Shown here: piece after piece, positions 29,132 through 37,172 of the stretch
Numbering within the stretch: position 1 is the first letter of the stretch
How the letters are laid out: each line of letters begins with the position of its first letter
Source of the DNA: Myxococcota bacterium
Lineage (GTDB): Bacteria; Myxococcota_A; UBA796; GCA-2862545
Length of the DNA: 64,000 nucleotides
Reading direction: 5' to 3'
Assembly (NCBI GenBank): GCA_039208735.1
Contig: JBCCQY010000001.1
Coordinates: 96,001 to 160,000 of the forward strand
The notes under the pieces: model-generated
Database searches by the model: none
Seen by the model: only the letters and a program-made list of their open reading frames with translations
What the model was told of the DNA's origin: nothing
Position numbers and translations under genes: made by a program

Positions 29132-29511
29132 GAGCGCCCGAGCCGTTGCTCCGGGTTCGTCTCGCCGTGTGGGTCACGGCGGGTTCATTCGCCATTGTTG
29201 CCCTAGGGTTGTTGGCGTCCACCCTCTTTTGGTTCGGCCTGCTCTCCAATAGTCGGATGTTGGACTTGCTTTGGGCGGTCCTGTTCTTCCTTGTCGAGAC
29301 GGCGATGGCAGCCCTGGTGGCGGTCTCGATGTTCCGCCAGGGGCAAGCCTTGCAACGGCTTCAAGAAGACCCGAACCAAAACGCCGCGATGACAGAAGTG
29401 CTATCGGCGAATTTGCTGTTCTGGCGGGCCCTGACGGTCGGTGCAATCGGCCTCATTTGGCTGTTCCTGATCGGGATGCCGCCAGCGATTTCGGTATTTG
29501 GATCGGATTAG
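29128..29511 (+). CDS. hypothetical 3-TM membrane protein
   Basis: ATGA overlap; similar topology to upstream gene. Confidence 0.65.
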   Translation: MRAPEPLLRVRLAVWVTAGSFAIVALGLLASTLFWFGLLSNSRMLDLLWAVLFFLVETAMAALVAVSMFRQGQALQRLQEDPNQNAAMTEVLSANLLFWRALTVGAIGLIWLFLIGMPPAISVFGSD

Positions 29512-29601
29512 TGAGGTGCTGGCAGTACCTGATTTCCAGTGCCCGTTGGAGGTCACTGTGGCGTAAGCGTGAGGTGTCCGTAGAGCGGTTCATCACAAGG
29601 A

Positions 29602-30312
29602 GTGTTCGTGCTGATCGCCAGTCTCTTGGCCACATTGGCTCATGCCACACCCCCTCATGACGAGGTTGGGATTGGGCCGGCCTTGGCTTTTGCTCCCTTT
29701 CGAGAGCAACAAGTCTCGGCTCGTCGGAACGGAGGCGGTACGGGTGGAGCGTTGCTATCGCTCGACCGGCGAGGCGTGCGTCGCTACGATCGACTCCTCG
29801 TCAGCTTCACGATGGGTCGCGACGACGGCTGGCGGTGGGGCGGTGGGGACTTGCGCTTCACCATCGCACCGGATGTGGCGGAACTGGGTCCGATGGTGCT
29901 TCGCGTCGGTGGCGAAGCCGAAGTGGGAGCCATGGTGCGGACCTGGCTCGACAACGTGGGGTGGCGCGGGCAGGCCACGCTGGGTCCCGCCATGGCTTTG
30001 GCCTGGCCCTTCCATGAAGGTGCCTCGCGCTGGACGGCGGAGCTCGTAGCCAGCACCCCGGTCTTCGGCCTTATCGGGCGACCCGGCTACGCAGCGGCGC
30101 TGCAGACGGGCTCGCTTTCCACCCAAGACTTCTCGTTTGCCACGTTCAACCGTCATCGTGGGGGCCGACTCTTGGCGTCGCTGTTGTGGGAACGCGAGGG
30201 TCGGGCATCGGTTCGATTTCAAGCGGAACTCGGAGGACGGGTCATCACGTGGCGACATCGCCTCGCGGAAGTCAACCACGTCCTCTCCACCCTTCTGTAC
30301 TGGAGGCTGTGA
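29602..30312 (+). CDS. putative outer-membrane beta-barrel protein
   Basis: Signal peptide; amphipathic strands; C-terminal LYWRL. Confidence 0.55.
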   Translation: MFVLIASLLATLAHATPPHDEVGIGPALAFAPFREQQVSARRNGGGTGGALLSLDRRGVRRYDRLLVSFTMGRDDGWRWGGGDLRFTIAPDVAELGPMVLRVGGEAEVGAMVRTWLDNVGWRGQATLGPAMALAWPFHEGASRWTAELVASTPVFGLIGRPGYAAALQTGSLSTQDFSFATFNRHRGGRLLASLLWEREGRASVRFQAELGGRVITWRHRLAEVNHVLSTLLYWRL

Positions 30313-31256
30313 TGTGGATGTGGCTCGCTTTGGCCTGCATTTCGGAACCTCCGCCCTCCACCGGGCCGGCGCTCATCGATGAGGTCCATGAACTCGTCGA
30401 CACGCGGTATGCCTTGTTCGTCGACAAACAGGTCGATTGGGAGGCTGCGCGTCAGCCCGCGTTGGACGCCTTGAACGAAGGGGCCGACCTTCAGGATACG
30501 GTCGTGGAGATGCTCGACGTCCTGCGCGATGGGCACGTCAACCTCGCCACGCCCGGTGGCGTAAGCACGGCCTCCGCCTTTCTTGAAGAGCGCGTTCCGA
30601 CGTGGGACGAGGATTTGGTTCAACGGCATGTGCTGGACTTTGATTTTGCACAGCGAGGCAGCGTGCAATGGTCGATTCCTGACCCTTCGTGGGCGTACTT
30701 ACGGGTCGATGATTTTTCCAACCTCCCTACGCGTGAGACGCTCGACCTCGCCTTCGCCGAGTTTGCCGAGGCCGACCGGCTCATCTTGGACCTTCGCGCG
30801 AACGGCGGAGGTCGTCTCGAGCAGGCCCGAACCCTGTTGGAGCGCTTTGTTGAAGGCCCATTGGTCGGCTGGCACCTCGAGTTTTCAACCGGTCCAGGGC
30901 ATGAGGACCTCTCCGAGCCCGCGCCGCGCGAACTGAGCCCGGTGACGCCAGGGTTCGAAGGGCCACTGGCCGTGCTCGTCGATGGTCGAACCTACAGTGC
31001 GGCCAACGTCGTTGCGTTCGTACTTGCGGAGCGAGCCGACACGATGCTCGTCGGGGCGACCACCGGCGGAGGAGCCGGTTCGCCCACGTGGCACGAGCTC
31101 TCCAACGGATGGGAGCTTCGGTTTCCCACCATCCGGCTGACCGGTCCGGACCGCCAGCCCATGGAGGATGGGCGTGCCGTCGATGTGATGATCGCGCCGG
31201 ATCCCGGTCAGCCCGAGGTGGACGTGATGATCGAGGCGGCGCTCGACGTACTTTAG
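30312..31256 (+). CDS. S41 family peptidase lipoprotein
   Basis: LRDGHVNL, LILDLRANGGG, TYSAAN, TGGGAG; TGATG coupling. Confidence 0.92.
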   Translation: MWMWLALACISEPPPSTGPALIDEVHELVDTRYALFVDKQVDWEAARQPALDALNEGADLQDTVVEMLDVLRDGHVNLATPGGVSTASAFLEERVPTWDEDLVQRHVLDFDFAQRGSVQWSIPDPSWAYLRVDDFSNLPTRETLDLAFAEFAEADRLILDLRANGGGRLEQARTLLERFVEGPLVGWHLEFSTGPGHEDLSEPAPRELSPVTPGFEGPLAVLVDGRTYSAANVVAFVLAERADTMLVGATTGGGAGSPTWHELSNGWELRFPTIRLTGPDRQPMEDGRAVDVMIAPDPGQPEVDVMIEAALDVL

Positions 31257-31263
31257 CCGACGC

Positions 31264-32196
31264 TCACTTCACGAAGTCTGCGGCGTCCCGCGGAACCATC
31301 TTGTAGTTGCCAAAGCTGTAGTTCAGCGGGCCGGTGATGCTGGTGAAGGTGTCGCCGTTCGCGACCGCCTGGGCGAAGATGAGGTCGTCGACACGGGCAT
31401 TGCCATCGATCTCGAACTCACCGAAACCCAAGTTGTCGTCGGTGACGGTCACGTTCTCGACACGGATGAGCACACTTTCCCACAGCTCGGCCGTCGCGGC
31501 GTTTGCGAGGTCAGCGGTGGCCACGATGGCGGGAGCTGGCACGGTACCGGTTCCGGTCACCGTGATCGAACCGTTGGTCTTGCCGCCGAGTTCAGCGTTG
31601 ATCTCGGTCAGATCGAAGAACTCTTCGGTGGTGCCGGTGACGTTCACGATGTCGCCGCGGTTTACGGTCACCATCATCGGCCAGTTACCGCCTAAGAAGA
31701 CCCAAACGCCGCTCTCCTGACCGCCTGCCGCCTCCTGCACGAACACGCCGAATTCAGCGGTAGCGGTGACTACGACGTCCTCGACGCCAACGACGACGCC
31801 AGCGCCGACCGTTCCGTTCTGGAGGTCGAAGATGGGGGTGTCGGGCAGCTGAATCATGCCGGTGTCACCGGTGGCGGCGGTGTCGGCATCCGTATCGGCG
31901 TCGGTGTCGGCATCCGTGTCGGCGTCGGTGTCCGCATCCGTGTCCGCATCCGTGTCCGCATCCGTGTCGGTGTCGGCGTCGGTGTCGGTGTCGGTGTCGG
32001 CGTCGGTGTCCGCATCGGTGTCGGCATCCGTATCGGCGTCGGTGTCGGCATCCGCATCGGCGTCGGTGTCGGCATCCGCATCGGCGTCGGTATCTGCATC
32101 GGTGTCGGTGTCGGTGTCCGCGTCCGTGACTTCACCGGTGCAGCCCACGAAAGTGATGCCGAAGCTGAACAGGGCCAGCAGCGTGAGTTCGCGCAT
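31264..32196 (-). CDS. lipoprotein with Asp/Thr/Ala repeat stalk and tandem OB-fold-like domains
   Basis: Lipobox FVGC; (DT/DA)n; GVFVQE..GG..SGVWVF, GD.VNVTG..EFFDLTEI, E.WESVLIRV. Confidence 0.8.
   Translation of the reverse strand: MRELTLLALFSFGITFVGCTGEVTDADTDTDTDADTDADADADTDADADADTDADTDADTDADTDADTDTDTDADTDTDADTDADTDADTDADTDADTDADTDADTAATGDTGMIQLPDTPIFDLQNGTVGAGVVVGVEDVVVTATAEFGVFVQEAAGGQESGVWVFLGGNWPMMVTVNRGDIVNVTGTTEEFFDLTEINAELGGKTNGSITVTGTGTVPAPAIVATADLANAATAELWESVLIRVENVTVTDDNLGFGEFEIDGNARVDDLIFAQAVANGDTFTSITGPLNYSFGNYKMVPRDAADFVK
31880..32125 (-). repeat. coding hexanucleotide-type tandem repeat (GAC-ACC / GAT-GCC) encoding D-T/D-A
   Basis: About 245 bp of degenerate GTCGGT/GTCGGC/ATCCGT units on + strand. 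Confidence 0.95.
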
Positions 32197-32328
32197 CGTC
32201 GTCTCCTCATTGATGCGTACGCGGTCGAAGGTAGTCGGCCAGGGTGACCGTGATGTGCCAATCGAACCGCTTGCGCAGCAGAGGGGAGACATGTCGATGA
32301 CCACGCTATGGTAGCGGTAGAACCTTCG

Positions 32329-33342
32329 TTACTGTACCGTAGAATTTGGGTCCGGAGCGGCGAGTTCGTACCGAACCCGAACCTCGAGCGTAGGCGGAGG
32401 GGTGAAGCCAAAGAATGTGACGGAATTCCGACGCTTGTCGTATTTCCATCCCCGGAAGGGTCCCTCGAAGTTGACCTGGTCGCCATCGAGTTCCGCAACG
32501 ACCTGAACCGTTTCGGCAATGGCCGGCCGCGTGAGGAAAAACTCGGTCGTGGATTCGAGAATGAGACGGCTGATATTCACCAAGAGCGTGCCCCAGTCGT
32601 CGTAGCAAATCTCGTAGGCATAGCCACCAATTCGGTCGGTTAGCTCCAGGTGAGCATCGCCCGCTCGGGCTCGGCAACGCCCTTTACCCCGTGGTTGGTT
32701 CGAGAAGCCGACGATCGATGTCCAGCTGAGGGAGGTGGGGTCGGGCCGGAAGGTCCGCAAAACGTCGACGAACGTTGGGATATCGATCTGCGACTGGTCA
32801 TCTTCATCGCTCACGACCACGACATGGAGAGCGGCGTCCGGGCGGAAAAACCCTTGATTGTAGTCGTCGGCTTCGTGGGCGATGGCGGCAAAGACGGCAT
32901 CGCGACCCCGTTCGACGCTCGATCCTCGCGTGCCGAGGGTCGCCATTTGGGAAAACAAGCCTGCGGCGCCTCGGGTGTTGACGTCGATCCAGCGACGTCC
33001 CGTTTTCTCCTCTCCCTGCAGTCGACCGGAATGTTCGGGATCGCTTACGTCCATCGAGATCACCCCGACGTGAAAGTCCACGCCCGATGTGAGGAGAATG
33101 TCGAGGAACGGCCCGAAGTTGTCGGCCAGGTGTTGTTGCTCCCCGCGCATGGATCGTGAATGGTCGATGACAAAAAGGACATCGATGGGTTTGGTTGTGC
33201 GCGAGGCCACAAAGTGGTCTTCGACTTCGTTTGGACCAAGGTCATCGGCAAGGATGACCGTGCCATCGGTGAGAGGCTGGAGTGCCGTCTCGCTGGCACA
33301 TGCGCATGCCACAAGGCACAGATAACCAAGTAGACCTCGCAT
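32329..33342 (-). CDS. vWA-domain lipoprotein (myxobacterial type)
   Basis: DVLFVIDHSRSM MIDAS-like, FFRPDAALHVVVVSDEDDQS. Confidence 0.85.
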   Translation of the reverse strand: MRGLLGYLCLVACACASETALQPLTDGTVILADDLGPNEVEDHFVASRTTKPIDVLFVIDHSRSMRGEQQHLADNFGPFLDILLTSGVDFHVGVISMDVSDPEHSGRLQGEEKTGRRWIDVNTRGAAGLFSQMATLGTRGSSVERGRDAVFAAIAHEADDYNQGFFRPDAALHVVVVSDEDDQSQIDIPTFVDVLRTFRPDPTSLSWTSIVGFSNQPRGKGRCRARAGDAHLELTDRIGGYAYEICYDDWGTLLVNISRLILESTTEFFLTRPAIAETVQVVAELDGDQVNFEGPFRGWKYDKRRNSVTFFGFTPPPTLEVRVRYELAAPDPNSTVQ

Positions 33343-33546
33343 TGACCCTCCGCTTCAGGCAACGCATCATCCACTGGGTCAGTGCCGTCTCCGAGGCTCC
33401 CGCTAATGCCTGTCTTGGCAAGTTGAACCGCGCGCGAATGTTTGTATCAAGTCGCAAAGGGAGGCCCGCTGGCAAGGAGGCCTTGCGGTTGCTCTGGGCT
33501 CGGTGGCATGCTCCGCGGGCGCATCCGCCCGGAGCAGAGTTTCTTC

Positions 33547-34515
33547 ATGAGAGCGAAGACCATTCAGGCGCCCAGTTCGGTCGTCATGATCCGGCCCCAC
33601 CGGTTCCACCCAAACCCTGATACGGCCGCCGACAACGCCTTTCAGCGTCAGGACCCTTCGGGCACCCGGGCCGACATCGCGACCCGGGCCTACGACGAAG
33701 TGTCTCGGATGGCGGAGCAGTTGGAGGCTGAAGGGGTACGGGTGCACCTCTTCGAAGATCGAGGGGTCGAAGACACCCCGGACGCCGTGTTCCCCAACAA
33801 CTGGTTCTCCACGCATCACGGTGGCCACGTGGCGGTCTACCCCATGTACTGCGCGAGCCGACGTCGCGAGCGACGCTCGGATGTGCTCGAGATGTTGAAG
33901 TTCGAGTACCGCGTTCAGGACATCATTGACTACTCGTGCCTCGAGCATGATGGGCTCTACCTGGAAGGCACGGGCGCGATGGTGCTGGATCACCTCGCTC
34001 GCGTGGCCTACACCGCGCGGTCCAATCGCGCCGACCCCATCGCGCTGGAACGCTTTTGCACTCACTTTCGCTTCGAGCCGATGGCCTTCGATGCCAAAGA
34101 CGATCTGGGGCGACCGGTGTACCACACCAACGTGCTCATGACGATTGCGACGGACTATGCGCTCGTGGGGGTGGGCTACATGACCGACCCGAAACGACGC
34201 GAGGAGATCGTCGAGCGCCTCGCCGAGGTGGGCCGAGTCGTGATTCCGCTCTCCAATCATCAGGTCAACGAGTTCGCAGGCAACGCCATCGAGCTGTTGG
34301 GTCGCGACGGGCGCATCCTTGCGATGTCGAGCCGAGCCGCGGCCGCCCTCCATCCCGATCAGATCGACCTCATCGAGCGCTCGGCGCGCATCGTGGCCTT
34401 GGATGTGCCGACCATCGAGCTGGCTGGGGGATCCGTGCGTTGCATGCTCGCAGGCATCCACCTGACCCGACGGTGGTCCCCCGCCGCGGAAGTACGGGGC
34501 CATCTCGAGACCTGA
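33547..34515 (+). CDS. ctlX: amidinotransferase-family citrulline utilization hydrolase CtlX-like
   Basis: VVMIRP..F..NPDTAADNAFQ, TPDAVFPNNWFSTH, LEGTGAMVLDH, YHTNV, IELAGGSVRCMLAGIH. Confidence 0.9.
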   Translation: MRAKTIQAPSSVVMIRPHRFHPNPDTAADNAFQRQDPSGTRADIATRAYDEVSRMAEQLEAEGVRVHLFEDRGVEDTPDAVFPNNWFSTHHGGHVAVYPMYCASRRRERRSDVLEMLKFEYRVQDIIDYSCLEHDGLYLEGTGAMVLDHLARVAYTARSNRADPIALERFCTHFRFEPMAFDAKDDLGRPVYHTNVLMTIATDYALVGVGYMTDPKRREEIVERLAEVGRVVIPLSNHQVNEFAGNAIELLGRDGRILAMSSRAAAALHPDQIDLIERSARIVALDVPTIELAGGSVRCMLAGIHLTRRWSPAAEVRGHLET

Positions 34516-34631
34516 AACCTGGCCGATGAGGGCCTTCACGAAACCTTTGCGTCGCTGTTGCCGTGGAAGAACACTTCCTTGAGTGGGGTCTCGGTAGTGC
34601 ATGCTACCGTTCATCTCCTCAAGGAGACCAA

Positions 34632-36266
34632 ATGCGTTGGTACGTTGTTGGCCTGGGCTGCTTTCTGATGGCCTGCGGTCGCTCGGAACAAGCCATCGAT
34701 GAGCTACAACAAAGCGGGGGCGTCTTCGGCGTTCCCAACATCGATGATGACGACGGCGATGGTCGTCGTGACTTTAATGACAGAAACGTTGCAGAAGAAA
34801 ACGACCATAGCGTGATCGACCTGCGCGGCGTTCGGGACCAGATGCGGAAGAACGACGCCCTCGAGCTGGTGCTCACGCCAGGTCGGTCCAGTGCTCTACG
34901 GGTGTGGGCCAACGGGGAGTTCCTCCTCGACGAAGAAGACGCGTCGATTCGGTTCATCAAGGACGACGTTCCCGATGAGATCGAGGTGGAGTTCGGGGGC
35001 TTCTTGAGCCAGGGTACCCTCGATGTCATTCACCTCAAGAGTTTTAAGGCAGATGTGGAGGGCGGAGGGGTCTTTGCTCGGGCCACCCTCGACCTGTTGG
35101 CGTCACCCCTCATCTTGAACCATCACCTCCAACCCGTCGAATCCTCGTACGTGGTGTCGGGCTTTGAGAACGGGGGCGACGACCTCTACAGCTTCGACAA
35201 CCTGTCGATGATCGATGCCATGGACGACTCGCTCGGCATGGCGATCGCCATTGAGAGCGTCGCGGAGTACGGCTTCGACGTCTGGGTGCAGGATGAGTTT
35301 GAGACGGCGACCGTCACCGGACCGGGCAGCCGCATCGATGTCGTGATCGACTCGATTCGCGACCGCGGGCTTGACGATTACCCAGAGGAAGTCGTGGCCG
35401 GCGGGCGACCCGATACGGTTGTGCGCACATGGGGTACGGGCGCACTTCCCACGAGCCAGGACGCATTTGGCAACCTTGAAGTTTCTCCGCCGGTCACCGT
35501 CGATGGTGTGGAGTACCCGTTCGGCCGCATCTACTGGGGTGAGTTCCGAGGGGTTGGTATCGTAGATCAGCTTGCTGATCTGCTCGAAGATCAGCGGATC
35601 CAGGATCCGTTTACGCTCGACGTTTCGTTTTTGGCTGTGGGTCACGTCGACGAGTTCACGACGTTCCTGCCCGACTCGACGTCCGAGAAGGGTTTTCGGC
35701 TGTTTGTGACGGATACCAATGTCGGGTTTGCGTTTCTTGATGCCCTTCCCGCATCGACGCCGATCGACCCCCGCTACGACACCTCGCATGGGCACCCTAC
35801 CCTGGTGGATTTGCGTGAAGATGCGACGCTGCGGGCGATCAACGAAGACTACCAGCGGGACTACATCGATCCTGCGATCGACGTGATGAAGCGTGAGTTG
35901 GGCCTCACCGATGCGGACATCGTTCGGGTGCCTGGGATCTTTGAGGAGACCCAGTACGGACCGGTGGCTGCGGCTCTCATTCCGGGCACGGTGAACCTCC
36001 TGCTGCACACGCAGGCCGACGGACGGGCCACGGCCTTCCTGGCAGACCCGTTCATGCGGGCGGAAGGCGCTCCGCAAAGCGAAGACCCGTTGATTGCCGA
36101 GTTTAACGAACTCTTGCCCGCCGAAATCGATCCCATCTGGGTCGACAACTGGGACGTGTACCACGTCGCGCTCGGTGAGGTGCATTGCGGCACGAACACC
36201 ACGCGTACCCCGACCGCCAATTGGTGGGAGGATGCACTCCACCTCCTGACCGATGGAGATCTGTGA
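34632..36266 (+). CDS. protein-arginine deiminase (PAD/PADI-type) lipoprotein
   Basis: Lipobox LMAC; NIDDDDGDG acidic motif; WVQDE, FGNLEVSPP...YPFGRI, LAVGHVDEF, GEVHCGTN. Confidence 0.92.
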   Translation: MRWYVVGLGCFLMACGRSEQAIDELQQSGGVFGVPNIDDDDGDGRRDFNDRNVAEENDHSVIDLRGVRDQMRKNDALELVLTPGRSSALRVWANGEFLLDEEDASIRFIKDDVPDEIEVEFGGFLSQGTLDVIHLKSFKADVEGGGVFARATLDLLASPLILNHHLQPVESSYVVSGFENGGDDLYSFDNLSMIDAMDDSLGMAIAIESVAEYGFDVWVQDEFETATVTGPGSRIDVVIDSIRDRGLDDYPEEVVAGGRPDTVVRTWGTGALPTSQDAFGNLEVSPPVTVDGVEYPFGRIYWGEFRGVGIVDQLADLLEDQRIQDPFTLDVSFLAVGHVDEFTTFLPDSTSEKGFRLFVTDTNVGFAFLDALPASTPIDPRYDTSHGHPTLVDLREDATLRAINEDYQRDYIDPAIDVMKRELGLTDADIVRVPGIFEETQYGPVAAALIPGTVNLLLHTQADGRATAFLADPFMRAEGAPQSEDPLIAEFNELLPAEIDPIWVDNWDVYHVALGEVHCGTNTTRTPTANWWEDALHLLTDGDL

Positions 36267-37135
36267 TGGTGACCCTCTTCTTGGCGGGCCTCGCGATGGC
36301 CGGCTCGCCCACGTCGAATACGCTTGAAGCCCTGTCGGTCGCACCGGCGGGCGAGTGGTCGACCGCGCGGGCAGAGGCGCTGGCCTCGGTCGAGGTGAGC
36401 GAACTCTCCGGGCTCGCGAAGGATTCGAACTGGCAGATCGGGCTGACGGCCCAGGCCCTCCAAGCCTGGAGAACCGACGAGACGACGGCGACGGCGACGT
36501 GGTCGCAGGTTCCTGCGGTGCGTCGCGATGGCACGCAGGTGTTCACAGGTCGCGGGGTGCCGGCGGTGATCGGCGAACGTCTCCAGCATGGGGGCGAGAC
36601 CGTGGTGACCCGTCGTGCGCTCGTCGACTGGCTGCGCCGGTCCACTGCGAGCTGGCCCAGCTGGGCGGACTCGGCCTACGCGGCCGAGGAGGACGCCGGG
36701 GTTCGGGCGGCTTGGGTCGATGCGGCGCGCTTCCTGAAGTCGCCCGGCGATGCGGGGGCCGATGGTCGCCAGGTCGTCGCTCTGGCGTTCGATGACGCCG
36801 ACGCGGATGTGCGGGCCCAAGCGGCGCGCATCGCGTCCTACCTCGAGGCGGCGTCCCTCGTGTCGAAGCTCAAGGCTGCGACTGCAGATTCGTCGGACGA
36901 GGTGGCCGGTCTCGCCGCCCGCTCTTTGGGCATCCTTCGTGTCAAGGATGCGTACGAAGAAGTTGCTCAGGTGTTGGACCGTACCGATCCGCGCGCCCGT
37001 CTGTGGACCATCCGAGCCCTCGAGCGTCTCGACCGGGACCGGGCCGCGCAGGATGCACGCATCGCAGCGTTGCAGAGCGACGCTGACCTTCGGGTTGCCC
37101 GCGCCGCGACGGGCCTCACGGCGGCCAAGGAGTAA
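36266..37135 (+). CDS. secreted HEAT-repeat protein
   Basis: Signal peptide; D.DADVRAQAA / DSSDEVAGLAARSLG repeats; TGATG coupling to PAD. Confidence 0.8.
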   Translation: MVTLFLAGLAMAGSPTSNTLEALSVAPAGEWSTARAEALASVEVSELSGLAKDSNWQIGLTAQALQAWRTDETTATATWSQVPAVRRDGTQVFTGRGVPAVIGERLQHGGETVVTRRALVDWLRRSTASWPSWADSAYAAEEDAGVRAAWVDAARFLKSPGDAGADGRQVVALAFDDADADVRAQAARIASYLEAASLVSKLKAATADSSDEVAGLAARSLGILRVKDAYEEVAQVLDRTDPRARLWTIRALERLDRDRAAQDARIAALQSDADLRVARAATGLTAAKE

Positions 37136-37172
37136 GCCGGCTCCCGAGCGGGCCCGATGCTACGCTCGTGGG

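Noticed and set aside
31856..32314. Ser/Val/Ala-repeat ORF on + strand; possible CRISPR-like array
   Set aside because: Antisense shadow of the D-T/D-A coding repeat; no repeat-spacer structure
36750..37172. N-terminal extension of the 1030-aa permease ORF
   Set aside because: Overlaps the HEAT gene in another frame; permease similarity starts at ATG 37173
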